Shown in pieces: positions 36,828-49,412 of a stretch of 64,000 bases of DNA. Every line of letters starts with the position of its first letter. Positions within the stretch are counted from its first letter, which is position 1. The translations under genes and the position numbers were made by a program. Location: assembly GCA_051313645.2 (NCBI GenBank), contig JBNRSN020000012.1:58528001-58592000 (forward strand). The letters are read 5' to 3'. This DNA comes from Centroscyllium fabricii. Taxonomy: Eukaryota. Below the pieces are notes generated by a model. That model made no database searches. It was not told where the DNA came from and was given only the letters and a program-made list of their open reading frames with translations.

Positions 36828-37412
36828 GTTCAAGTTCAAGTTTATTGTCACATGTACTAAATACAATTTAGACAGTGAAATGCTTACTGCTACCCGAACG
36901 CACCGCGCAACAAGGACATTAAGCTGCCCGGCACGCACGAGCCCGCAAGACGTCAGCCAATCTCCGGCGCCATCATCGTGGGTCCCGTTCCTGCTCCGGC
37001 TACTCAGTTTGATGTTAATTCTCCTCTACCATTCCGTTAACTTGCTCTGCCGCTGTTTCTTCCATGGTTTCTCTTCACTTGACTCCTTTCTGCCCGACAC
37101 CATGCCGGCTCCCCCGAATCCACAGAGCTCCGAACTCCGGGTGCAGCGTCCTGAGGCCTGGGGCCTAGCTTTTGTCCAAGTGCCATTCCGACTCCCCCGA
37201 ACTCTGGACCAAGGCCTGGGGCCTAGCCTGGCTCTCCTCCAAGTGCCCAATCCCGGCTCCCCCGAGCTCCGGGCCAAGGCCTGAGGCCTAGCCTGGCTCT
37301 CCTCTAGGTGCCCAATCCCGGCTCCCCCGAGCTCCGGGCCAAGGCCTGGGGCCTAGCTCTCCTCCAGGCGCCCAATACAGGCTACCCAGAGCTCCGAGCC
37401 AAGGCTGCCCTT
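36828..37412 (-). mobile_element. Non-autonomous Rex1/Babar-like retroelement with GC-rich tandem repeat
   Basis: Minus-strand 3' end GCATTTCACTG...ACATGTGACAATAAA(CTTGAA)n; internal GATGGCGCCG; ~55-65-bp repeats at 37100-37410. Confidence 0.55.
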
Positions 37413-38045
37413 TGGAGTATAGTCCCAGATATAAGGTCACAGGATCCACGTTTTGGCTCGTTATCATGTTATGTTTTGTAGTATGCGATATGCACTGTAG
37501 CACAAGCTGTATAATACAACGTTTAACTCAAAAGAGCAATTTTTTCCAAAATCTCTGATACTGTTTGATAAAATATTAATTTGAGAAAAGTTAGTAAAAT
37601 CCATAAAGAAAAGTTTGTTGAGTCTGGAGTAAAATACAGTTGAATTGCTGTCTAAACTATTGCTGACTCAAAAATCAACTATATTATGAAATAATTTTAA
37701 ACCATTATTTCCTGAGCTGTAATAAAAGCTTCTGATATTGGTTCACCAACATCAGCCAGCTTTGGTAGATTTTAAAAAATTATTTTCATTTCCTTAAGAT
37801 CTAGGAATTGAGTTAAATTTCTAAGTTTATTTTGATGCAGATCTGTAACAGCCTGTTATTATCCATTTGTGTCATTTTCTGTGGAAAAACTAAAACTACC
37901 ACAGAGCAAGTTTTGTAAGGAAAAGATTATTGAAGTAAGGCAGAATACTGTAGGCGTCTTTCCCCAAGACTGTCCCTCACAAATTATATGCAGGCTGTTG
38001 GACTCTCTTGCCTAAAGCTTTCTCCTCTGCTTCTTTCTGTAACAG

Positions 38046-38126
38046 AATGGCTTTGAACCGCTCTTCTTCTTTGAGGTTGACAGTAACACCAATACCATTA
38101 AACGGAGGCCTGGCTCACACAGCAAG
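38046..38126 (+). CDS. LRCH3: Probable LRCH3 symmetric cassette exon (NGFEPLFFFEVDSNTNTIKRRPGSHSK)
   Basis: Strong pyrimidine tract then aacag, AAG|gtgact donor; 81 nt, phase 0->0, open frame; homology not confirmed. Confidence 0.65.
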
Positions 38127-38426
38127 GTGACTGAGCAGCTTGTGTGGAGTTTGTGGCTTTGTATAGATTCTTGTATTTTTACATTCTATGCATGAAATGG
38201 TGGCTGGCTGTGGTTCCTTTCACCAGACCAGACTTGACCGTTTAAAACAAAAAGACACTCAGAATAGAATTAGGTTTGTGCTGTTATTTTCACATTTTAT
38301 ATGGAGTCAGTAATGTTTTGTCTGCCATGTTTTGTTATTAATGAGCCATTTGAGAGAGGTACAAATCAGGAGAGGTTAAAATGATTACAAAGCTCCCAAC
38401 ATTTAAAATAAACATTAAGCCAAACT

Positions 38427-38739
38427 ATAGAATCATAGAATCCCTACAGTGCAGATAGAGGCCATTTCGGCCCATCGAGCCTGCACCGACACATATCCCA
38501 CCCTATCCCCGTAACCCCCACATATTCAATCCCCCTGACACTAAGGGTCAATTTATCCTGGCCAATCAACCTAACCCGCACATCTTTGGACTGTGGGAGG
38601 AAACCGGAGCACCCGGAGGAAACTCACGCAGACACGCGGAGAATGTGCAAACTCCACACAGATAGTCACCCGAGGCTGGATTTGAACCCGGGTCTCTAGT
38701 GCTGTAAGGCAACAGTGCTAACCACTATGCCACCGTGCC
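38427..38739 (-). mobile_element. HE1-type V-SINE with the alternative tail
   Basis: Same head and V domain as 35151; tail ATAGAATCATAGAATCCCTACAGTGCAGATAGAGGCCATT. Confidence 0.92.
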
Positions 38740-40151
38740 ACTGTATTTACACAGATTTTGGTGATCTAATATTTTAGGCAATGCAGTGGGCTGGTGAAAG
38801 GTTCTACCCAATCTGCATGTGGAGACTAACTTCTGAATTGCAAGACTATCTTCATCCTTTTTAATTCTATTTTACCCAAACCACTTGATCTTTTTTAAAT
38901 AAAAAAATGGAACCAGATCATACATAATGCTGAACTGGAAATTATAAATACTTTGAGGATTGCATTAGTATTTTTGCACCATGTCCAAAGATTCTACGTT
39001 CTTACAAATTCCCTACCTGTGCAGCCAGTAGAACGTCAGATATGCCTGGATCAGAATTTTAATTTTCCCATACGTTACAATGTTTTATATTGTGTTCATT
39101 TACTGTAATACAAAATTCTTAATGTTTTTTTAAAATTCCAGTAAAAGATTTTTTTGAGATTTTATTTTCATGCCCTAATGTAAATACAGTTTATTTAAAT
39201 GGTGTTTGTTTTGAAATGCAACCTGCTTATGCCACGAGTGCAGCAATGCAACTTCTACAAAGTATGCTACTGTAATGTGTGTAAACTGGGATATAGAAAC
39301 AGAATTTTTAGGCCTTAATTTTATCGTACATTAATCCTGTTTACCCATCTTCTCACCAGACAATACAATTTGCATGCATTAGCTGTGAAAAATGTTGTGA
39401 TAAAATATTGAACCATAGTGCCAATCTTTCCTTGCACTATATATCCTGATTGTATTCTGTGTAGTTAATTAGAGTGCCTCTTAAATGATCTTTCATCCTT
39501 ATGTAGATAATTATTTCATCCCAGATACTGAAAGCTATTCTTTCACCTGTCTCTTATCCTCTCTCCCTCTATCTCTATCGCTAACGTAGAAAAACTCTTC
39601 ATGCTGACTAGGAGACCCTAACGGTACGTGCCGCTCATACTAAAAAGAAAAGCTAGAAAATGTAGACATTCCCTGGCCCAGGACATATGTTTCAATCTGA
39701 GTGTGAAACAAGTTCATGTGAGAAAAGAGAAATCAGAGCTCTGCATTTATGCTCAATTATGTGAAATATAAGGCCTGTGCAACCAAATCAGTAATTGATA
39801 TTGCCAGATTTGAGCTGTAGAAAACTTCTTCAATAATCAAACGCACACAAAACCTGTTGTACTACAATCAAATCTCTATTGGTACAAAATCTAAAGTGAA
39901 AAATTTGGATCACTTATTAAGAAAAGACACAGCAACCACTCTTCAATTCCAAAGTAAATTGTGCACTAACAAATTTCTTGTAACATTATGAACACGGACC
40001 CCTTACCCTCATTGCCACCAAAGAAAACTTGGCTTATTTGGGTAGTAAAATTTACACAGGAGAGTTTCAAAGATAACCACTGTTCTCCTAAATGAATTTG
40101 AGCAGACTCATTGTGGAGGTCATTCACAAAGAAAGTTTGCATTTCATTTCA

Positions 40152-40388
40152 GGGGAGTGTAAATGATGGAAAACTAAGCATCCTTGTCCCAGTATGGATT
40201 CAGTCTCCAATGAAATGCAGCCTTACAACTTTGGTGTTAGCATCTGGACTTTGGTAATAGAAAACTCAAAGTATGATATGTTAAAGTGTGCCTGTTTCCT
40301 TCTCTAATCACAACAGACCTTCTTAAGTTCTCACTAAACAAATGCCCCGGCCTGCTAGTCTAGAACGCCCGATCCCAAGTCGACCTCG

Positions 40389-40421
<33 letters not shown>

Positions 40422-40792
40422 GGATGGGAGACCATCGGGGAAGACCAGGTGCAATAGCAGGCAGTGGCCACGGAGGAGGCGCTAACGCGCGGTCAAAAAG
40501 CAGACCGTTAACCGGTCTGTTAAAAACTCCATCCACCACTTCGAAAGAAGACACGATAAGAAGAAGACTAAACAAATTTGTTTAACTACTGACCAGTACT
40601 GCTGAGTAGTTATAAATACATGTATGTTTAAAAAAAACTTAACTGCTGACATTGCATGTTGTATAAAATGGACTTGAACATACTTCAGCAGTGGAAGAGT
40701 TGGACATTTTCTCAAAAAAACATTATTTGTGTTTTTGTGACTGAATCCATACCAGGACAAGGATGTTCAGTTTTCCATCATTTACACTCCCC
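40152..40792. mobile_element. Old MITE with ~53-bp TIRs (Kolobok-like)
   Basis: GGGGAGTGTAAATGATGGAAAACT..CATCCTTGTCC..GTATGGATTCAGTC inverted at 40739-40792; flanks TTCA/TCAA resemble a decayed TTAA. Confidence 0.7.
40344..40566 (+). mobile_element. 5S rRNA-derived SINE (SINE3 type)
   Basis: CTCGGAAGCTAAGCAGAGTCAGGCCTGGTCAGTACTTGGATGGGAGACC (5S A/IE/C boxes), ~105-bp body, AAGAAGAAG tail, 11-bp TSD ACTAAACAAAT. Confidence 0.88.
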
Positions 40793-43700
40793 TCAAGAAC
40801 AAACTTACATTCTTGGAATTGGAGGTTAAATGTTATCCTTGGAAAAGGCCAAATTCTTGGGTCTGATGAGCAAATACTGATGCATGCTGATCTATAATAT
40901 TTGTATTGTATATGGGGCACATCAATCTGCTAACTAACAATGTCATTGTAGGTCTCTCTGCCACTTGGGTTCATCTGCCTCAGCTCAGAAAATAAATTTT
41001 CAGTTCTTACCCACTAGCTGGAATATCTTGCTGCAGCTCTGGTTGACAAAAGTGTGCCTAATTGGTGGCAGAAAAAACTGCCATAGACACAGTGCAAGTG
41101 TTGCATAGAGTAATTAGTCATCAAGTTGTATTGTTGGTTATTAACTAAGCAGCTCCTCATAGTTTTGGGTTGATGACTCATTCCGGTGGGGGAAAGGGCA
41201 GATGAGAGGAGAGAGAAAAGGATCAAGGATAAAAATCTGGAAGAAAGAAGACTTTGCACATGTAGACTTTCCTAAGTTGTGTAGCCAATGAATATCAGCA
41301 CTGATAACGTCATGAAGCCAGAAAGGATGTTCAATCCCAAAATAATTGTTTCACTTCTGCCACTTAGATTATAATACAGCCTTGACACAAATAATCAAAG
41401 TTGTTTTTGTTATTTTTATTGAGAAACCCTAGGTGAGGGGCCAAAGCTGCACAACCAAGGTTGAAGAAAGAGAGAAAGGGGCATGAATGGGAAATAAAAG
41501 CAATTGATGCCATCGTTGGATTTCAAAAATCCAGATTATAGGAGGAAGGAAAGAACGCTAGAGCTAAAGGGTTCCACACTTGAGGTCAAAAAAATGAGTT
41601 GGAGAAGATGTGATGAGTCTTGATTTCAACATACTGATCGCAGTCCCCTTGTAATAAAGTACTGAGCACGATTGAAGCACCTGCCATCCAGCCTGACTCG
41701 TGCCTGGGTGCATGAGCTTGTTTTCTGATCAAAGATAGTTCTGAAATTAACAATATTGTAAGAATGCAGAATGTCAGTACCTTGCTGTACGTCATCCAAT
41801 TCTAGCACGACTATAGTAGGGTTGTGATTTAGGTGAAAATGATCTGATGTACATGCCTATTTTGTGTATGTCTGCTCATGCCTTGAATTTAGGAAAACGT
41901 GCTGTTCCATTCATTTCTCCATCTGAGATAGAACGTTGGCATACAATAATGTGGGAGAAGATTTTTCTGTTCAGTGTAGAAAAATCATAAACAAGTTCGT
42001 CATATACCTATTTGCGATTGTGGTGTAAATCATCCAAAAATGCAGTTCCTTAATCTTCCCTTCCTGCTACAGGCTTTTGAAACCAAAGTTTGCTGTTGTT
42101 TGAGCATAGCTTCCTGATTTATTTCATCTTCTCTCCTTCTTTCAACTTTGTCGATGTCTTATTCTGTAAGTCTTGGCCCTTCACCTCAGCTTCTTAGTAA
42201 AAGGTCCATTGTCATTTTACTGCTGATTAGTGTTATATCTATGTATTTCTTAGATAAATACTCACAATTCCATTATTTGTAGAACGGCCACCCTATTTAA
42301 ATGCTAGTTAAACGATCTCTGAAGATGGGAATAATCCTTGTTGATCCAAAAAGATCATCTACGAAGACATCTTCACTTGGTCCAAAGAAGTAATTTCCAA
42401 AGAAGATAATACAGAATGCCACCTGACCTTTATCCTCCCACTGAGAGACTGCTGGATCAGAGCCTTGTAGAGACCTATAAGGACATTTCATCCATCGCTG
42501 CTGCCTATCAAACCCTGTCTTAACATAAGCTTTTTTTCCTGTTTCCTTTGCTAATCCTTTTTTTCACCAATCACCATCAGATACATAAGAATTACTTCTT
42601 TGACCCTGCCTTATGCCAATGCCTTCAGACCTATCTGGGCATCTTCGTTTCATTCTCATAACAAAGTGGCCATTGCAAAATCCATATGATTGTTTACCGT
42701 GGATCTTAATCGTGTAAACAAATCTACTTTTCAAAGATACATTAAGTAGATTTATTCAAAATAATTAATGTATAAACTAAACTAGAAAATATTATCCATT
42801 CAATAAAATAAAGAAGTCTGCATTTGGGAGTTAACTAAGTGAGATTCCACTCGAGATTTAAGTAAGCATATGCATTATGTGGGAGGGTATTTATTGAGCC
42901 ATACAAGCCAAAAGGTCCTTGGTCTTTGCTGTTAATCAATCTCAGTTGGAGAAGCTTTTTGGGTTGCCAGAATCTCTTCACTTTTGGGCAGTGGGGGATG
43001 CCTGGGTAAGAAATGGTGCCTTTGGAGCTTACCACAGAATGGGTTAGTGCTTTCAGATGCATTTTTTCTATTTTTTTTGAAGGTGCCAACTTGCTGCGGT
43101 GTGGTTCTATAGGCACTGGTAGCCCTTTCATACATCAACCAAATGCCTGTTTTTTGGGTGTGAGCCTGTACAGTGATTGTCATCAGACTGTTTAACTGGA
43201 GGATACCTTATCAGAGGCCTAATCTGCCCTCACCCACCAGCCATGTGTACCTATTTCCCAGCTGGAGTCACTGGATAGCACTTGTAAGTGGGAGGAACCC
43301 TGGCTGACCCATTTCTCCCTCCTGTCAAGGTTGCTCCACACAGATGGGATCAAACCTGAGATCTGTCTGGCATGGATGGCTTACTACTGGCCCACTGGGG
43401 ACATCTGCTTAAAAGGATTATGATGTGCAATAGTATAAGTAGATTTTTCTATACAGAATAATTTCAATTCTCTGTTCTTTCAGTATCTTACCAAGAGTAC
43501 AGTCTACTTGCTAGTAAAGTCTGTTGTGTGATGTCTTGTGTGATGAAACTAGTAGAACTGAGTCAATTACAAACCAATTAGATTCGATTGGACTTTCAGT
43601 CAGTTAATATTTAGAGATTAGATTTGATTTTGGAATTAAGCAGGATGAAATAAGCCTCCTTATTCAGGTCCCCTCCAGACTGACTGCCCTGTATAGCTAC

Positions 43701-44037
43701 AGTTGTGTTACCAGTAACCTGCACAGGGCAAATGCACACCTGAGTTTTTCTAACTTGAATTAACTATTTTATTTAACTGGATCAAAAACTGTTACAAAGT
43801 GAATTGATTTAGATCCCCTGTTTACAGTTTAATCCGCTACTTTTGTCTGAAGGAATGAAAAATGTGTTAATGTGCTTTGGCATTGAAGAGGAAGCAAGCT
43901 GCATTGCAGAAAGGCTGTCTGCTATTCTGAAGCAAGCTGAGTTTAATAGAGTGAGAGCTTGCTCCACGCTGCTTATTTCTAATCCCTCAGAGCAGTTTAT
44001 CTGCTACTGTAAAAGTTCTTGATCTTCTTTCTCATAG

Positions 44038-44098
44038 AGTGAAGAAAGACCACCTGTGTCACCGAGTGCCTCTATTCCCCAATCATCTGTCCATAATG
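44038..44098 (+). CDS. LRCH3: LRCH3 internal exon (SEERPPVSPSASIPQSSVHN)
   Basis: ttctttctcatag acceptor, ATG|gtaag donor; phase 0->1. Confidence 0.82.
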
Positions 44099-45365
44099 GT
44101 AAGAGAAAACTAATTGTAAAAACTTTTGTACTGTCGGTCTATATATGTAACGTTTGTGTATTTTGTGCTTTCTCCATTTGATGGCAGGCAAAGCATTTAT
44201 TTTTCCTTGTTTAGAGCTGGTATTAAGCAATATTGCTTTGTGTTAAAGGTAAATCTTGATACAAGGAACAAAATTCAGCTATGTGATTAAATTTTGCAGT
44301 ATTATCTATCAAGTTAGTTGACAAAAATATGATATCGAGTGTCTTATAAAATGTGCAGTGAGTCGGATATGGCACATGTTGTTTGTAAAGCTCTGAACCC
44401 CTCCAATAACCTGTTCGAACACCTCTGCCTTTGCAAATCCCATAACACCTAGTTAAACTCCTCCAGATAGAAAGTAGGGAGACTGGCGATGTATTGATGT
44501 GAGCAAGCCTACCGATTTTACCTGATGGCTCGTGGTAAATGGAACCGGGTGTGTGATACTGACAGAGTTCCATCCTTGATCTGTGTTGAGTTAGCTGATC
44601 TCAGTTGGGCCTGTGTTCCTGTACTACAATTTGTCTCAATATCATTTGACTTAAAGGAGAGACAAATCAGTCCTGCTCTTGGTAAGTATCCAGCATTCCC
44701 TGCTGGTGATGTTGGGGTCACGCTCAACTGTTCTCACCCCTCCCCAGTTAAATAGCCTGCACATCTCGCTGCCTTGGCTCACGGATGAAAAAGAGCTACT
44801 TGGTGATGTAATGGAGGCCTATTGGTGCCAGCAGAAGTAACTGGCTTCAGGACAGGAGAGGAAAAAATTATACTACTTTTGAGTCTGGGTCCCAAATAAC
44901 TGCAGGCTTTACAAAACCTTGGTATACATAACCTGTTCCACAAAACAATCCCCTGTTATATACTGAAACCTCCTTATGTAAATAAAAAGAACAAAACTTA
45001 CAAATGCTGGAAATACAAAATAAAAATAAAAAGTGCTCAAAATACACAACAGGTTTGTCAGCATCCGGATAACATTTTGGATACAGAAAGAAATGAGTAT
45101 TAGCTGTGAAACCTAAACTATGTGCTCACCATTAAAAACTTGTCATCACTTTTAAACCAACCCATCCCTAATGCACCAAACCATTTATCACCTACCTTAA
45201 TATTGCAGTGTTACTGTATTATGCTAGTTTGATTTTTACCCATTTTAATATTTGTTTTCTCATTTCTATCTCTATTTCTTGCTTCTACTGATTGTTGATT
45301 AAACTCTATTTCTGAATCTTATCATCAAATTCTGCTCATTCTTACACTCTTGTCTCTGGCTGCAG

Positions 45366-45482
45366 TCCAGCCTGCCCCTCCTTATCCTAGTTCTTCTCCC
45401 CACTCTTACAAACAGCCCACACACGCTTATCGGCCTGAGAACTTCCTCTTGAGAGCAGCCATGAGAGATGAGATGAAGAAAG
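45366..45482 (+). CDS. LRCH3: LRCH3 internal exon (QPAPPYPSSSPHSYKQPTHAYRPENFLLRAAMRDEMKK)
   Basis: ctgcag acceptor, AAG|gtagg donor; phase 1->1; RPExFLxRA motif. Confidence 0.9.
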
Positions 45483-45904
45483 GTAGGTTTGACATGAAAG
45501 TGAATTTTACATAACCAGGGGTTTATCAGCGGTGATTTGTCACTTAACTGTTTGTTTCGATACAGGTGTGTAATATTTTAGATTATATTACCAGCAGGTA
45601 ACATATAACATATGCATTAACAAGAGATTATGCTCAAAACAGGCATTTAGTAGACATGAGGGGAAGATGGAGAGAAATAATGTTAAAAAGAAGATGGTAT
45701 GATATAAATCAAGTTCAAACTTGGATCAGGTGTTGAATGAATAGGCACTTCTGGTAGTCACTTGAACTTGAAGCAATAATGGATTTTGAATCCAGCGGTC
45801 GCAGTTGGTTTCATGCTTTGCCACTCCAACAGTCTTACCATATGTAAACTATAAGCACTCGATGCTCAGTCGGGCTTCAAAATGTCTTTCTCTTACATTA
45901 ATAT

Positions 45905-46134
45905 GTAGATGCCATTGGCAGGCATGCCTTGAGCTGCGTAGGCCTCAAGTTCTGAAATGTCCTCCATAAACCACTCCATCTCCCTCTCCTCCTTTCAAGA
46001 CCCTTAAAACCCATCTTTTACACCAAGCTTTTGGTCATGGCTACTAATACCTCCTTCATTGGCTCAGTGAACATTTTTTTGAACATAGACGTTTTTCTAC
46101 ATTAAAGGCACTATAGAAATGCAAGTTGTTGTTG
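45905..46134 (+). mobile_element. Old L2 LINE 3' end
   Basis: Degenerate similarity to 33640-33870 in the opposite orientation; ends AAATGCAAGTTGTTGTTG. Confidence 0.65.
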
Positions 46135-46415
46135 CAGTATGACATTGGCACCATCCTGTTGCATTTTAAAAATGTAAATTTGTCCATCTTCTTAGCTCAG
46201 AATTAAAATTTGTGAATCATATAGACCCAAGAGGGTTCTGGGTCTGATCCCCAGCTGATCTCAGTGATAGCACCAGTAGGATTGGTACATCTGGCCTCTA
46301 TGCCCCAGGTTGGAGAAGGGAAAAATCGTCACACGTCCTGCTTCTGATCATTATTTGTGATCCCTGCTGGAAATGCATATGTATGGATTCCTGATTTTTT
46401 TTAAGTATCACACAG

Positions 46416-46819
46416 ATATAGAAATATAGAAGATAGGAGCAGGAGTAGGCCATTCGGCCCTTCGAGCCTGCTCCGCCATTCAATGAGATCATGGCTGATC
46501 ATCCAAACCCAGTACCCTGTCCCTGCCTTCTCCCCACATCCCTCGATCCCTATCGAGCCTGCACCGACACATATCCCACCCTATCCCCATAACCCCACAC
46601 ATTCAATCCCCCTAACGCTAAGGGTCAATTTATCCTGGCCAGTCAACCTAACCCGCACATCTTTGGACTGTGGGAGGAAACCGGAGCACCCGGAGGAAAC
46701 CCACACAGACACGGGGAGAATGTGCAAACTCCACACAGATAGTACCCGAGGCTGGATTTGAACCCGGGTCTCTAGTGCTGTAAGGCAACAGTGCTAACCA
46801 CTATGCCACCGTGCCGCCC
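46416..46819 (-). mobile_element. Full-length HE1-type V-SINE
   Basis: Near-identical to 35151-35554. Confidence 0.92.
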
Positions 46820-47218
46820 TGATGACCTACCTGCACTCAATCCAGGCTTCCACATGAATAATGATTCCTTGGGTGATGTATAGGTGGGGACCTGGCAACC
46901 GTAGAACTGTACTGCATTAAGCGAGTAAGTGCCTTGAAGAGAAAAGAGTATCAGGTTGTACAATTATTCCCTTTATTCAGGACAGAACTTTCTGTTCTAA
47001 TTGACCCTTAATTTCTTGGTTTGATGCCTTGAATAGAGTGGCTCTCAACAAAAAATCTACAATGTATCTTAAAGCTAGAAATTATTCAGTCCCATTGAAT
47101 CTTAAAGAGCAAGCTTGAACCCGAAAAAAAGTACATGAAAGGACAAATGATACTGATGTAAAGCAGGAATATTCCTGTGGTAATCTGTTCTTATGCATAA
47201 TTGATCTTCTGTCTCTAG

Positions 47219-47337
47219 ATGGGACTTCTTCTGCCTCCTCCTCCATTACCCCTAGCCAGGACTCTGGAGACCCCTTGATATTGCAGAACCAAAAGCAATA
47301 TGAAGATGAACAGAGAGTGGTGCAGCAGCTACGGAAG
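47219..47337 (+). CDS. LRCH3: LRCH3 exon leading into the CH domain (GTSSASSSITPSQDSGDPLILQNQKQYEDEQRVVQQLRK)
   Basis: ctgtctctag acceptor, AAG|gtaatc donor; phase 1->0; ends in QLRK. Confidence 0.92.
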
Positions 47338-48027
47338 GTAATCAGTTGTACATTTGCTCACCAGAACAGAAGCATCATTGCACAAACCTGCAGTAAATAA
47401 AATCCACGGAGAATGTATTAATGTGCTAATTGTAGAATGATTCCAATTGGTACTTTTTTTTACCGGGAAATATATTCATCTTGACTTCATTTATTTTCTT
47501 GTCGTCCATTCCTTCTCTTTACCCCCTCCCCCCTGCCAAAATAAAATTGGAGCCTCGCGTTGTGCATAGCTAGCTGATCAGAAATTCACCTAGCATTAGA
47601 GCTCAGACTATTTCTGTTATTGCACTAAGGCTAGATTTATCACAGAAGTCTGAACATTTTGTTTTAATAATTAGCACCTTTACATCCCTACCCCATTCCC
47701 ACAATTTTATCCCACAGGGACTTCTATGCAAGCAGTTTTTTTTAAATTCTTCCCTTTCCCTTCATGCCACCCAATCCATTCCACTCTGGCTCAGAAGAGC
47801 ACGTCCAATGCAACAATAGGAGTTTTTCCACGTATTCACTAGGAACTGGCCCAAACTCATTAACATAGGATCCTTACACTGTGACAGCAGACTAAAATTA
47901 CTTTATCCCATCAACCTGTGTTGAATTCAAGCACAAGTTCCAGAACTCAAAGGTCAGTGCATCACCCAGCCATCCCCTCCACTTAATGATCAAATAGTTG
48001 TACATTTCTCTCTGGTTTCTTTCTCAG

Positions 48028-48165
48028 AACATTGAAACACGGTTAAAAGTTTCTCTCCCAAGTGATCTTGGTACAGCACTTACAGATGGTGTTGTCCTCT
48101 GTCATCTGGCTAATCACGTGAGACCACGGTCGGTGCCCAGCATACATGTCCCATCTCCAGCAGTG
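48028..48165 (+). CDS. LRCH3: LRCH3 calponin-homology domain exon (NIETRLKVSLPSDLGTALTDGVVLCHLANHVRPRSVPSIHVPSPAV)
   Basis: ttctcag acceptor, GTG|gtgagt donor; DGVVLCHLANH CH motif. Confidence 0.97.
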
Positions 48166-49334
48166 GTGAGTATTCTGAAGTCTGATGCTATCAAAACAAT
48201 GACATTAGTGACAAATATATCAAGCTTTTCTGTCAGAGTAAGGAAGTGGGCAATAGTTGCATCCAGACAGTGACGTAATTATGAAGAATTTAGCCATAAT
48301 TAAGCTGGTGTGCTCATATAACCCAATTCGTGCATGTTCTTCTTCAGTTCTTTTATTTTTATAAATTAAATCTTGGTTCCCTTGATGACCTAATAAGTAA
48401 ATGCACTTTATGGTAAACCAGAAAGATCAGGAACAGGCAAAGATTGCCTGGTCTGTGCTGAATTAAGTTAGCCAGGCATGAATAGAGCAGAGGGAGCTCT
48501 ACACTTGACCTCCGCTTTTGTGGGGATCGTTACTCCTGCTGGAGAGAGAGAGAGAGAGTGTATCTGCGTTGTGTGCAGACTGGATAGGAATAGACTCATG
48601 TGATCAAATAACCAGTTGATACTCTTGCTTGGGCTCACATGGGCACTTAGGTGATGTGCTGGAGGGGTTCCGGTGCTTTTAGAACAGTGCGTGCATGTTC
48701 AACAGGGGAGAAAAATGTAAATGAATTTCTCGAAAATGCACATAGTAACTTCACCGTAGCCAATTAATCTTCTCTTGTTTTAAGCACTGTTGTGTTTGTT
48801 GAGATGAATACATCAGATTGCTGATTTTAGCACTAGGCTATCAGTGGCATCACACTGTTATCTTTCAGTAATTTTAATAACATTTAAAAGTTTAACAGTG
48901 CTTGTTTTTTCCACTTTCCAACTTTCTTCCCTTTCCTCCTCTGCTGATGACATTGACATGCTCACTGAGGTGCATTTTCAAGGGCTCCCTTTGGTGTGTT
49001 GTCACTGTTTAACAATACCTGTTTTAAAGAATCTCCAGTGAAAAGTGTAATCAGATCTTTTTATAATTAATAATGCATAATGGGATTTCAGCTGGAAGGT
49101 CCAAAAGTTGAGCTAGTATCTCAAACCTTGGTGTGATCAGCTCATGGTGAGAACTGCTTTGCTGTTTCCCATGCGTTTATAATTGCAAGGATTGATTGAA
49201 TTTCAGGATTTGTTCTCTATGAATGTTTCCAGCTTTCCCCCTCCCCCTCATCCTTTATCAAACCCTCTCCTGCCCTCACTACCACGGACTGTTCACTGAC
49301 TGAGTTTGCTTGCTTGTTCCACTTCTGGTTGCAG

Positions 49335-49412
49335 CCCAAACTGACAATGGCAAAATGCAGACGAAATGTGGAGAACTTCCTAGAGGCTTGTAAGCGAATT
49401 GGTGTACCACAG
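49335..49412 (+). CDS. LRCH3: LRCH3 CH domain exon (PKLTMAKCRRNVENFLEACKRIGVPQ)
   Basis: ttgcag acceptor, CAG|gtatg donor; highly conserved LRCH motif. Confidence 0.97.

Noticed and set aside
40344-40460. Functional 5S rRNA gene
   Set aside because: Diverged 5' half, no T-run terminator, fused to a body and tail, and flanked by a TSD
42283-42810. Exon-like stretch (tttgtag|AACGGC...)
   Set aside because: Early stops in all three frames, no donor site and no homology
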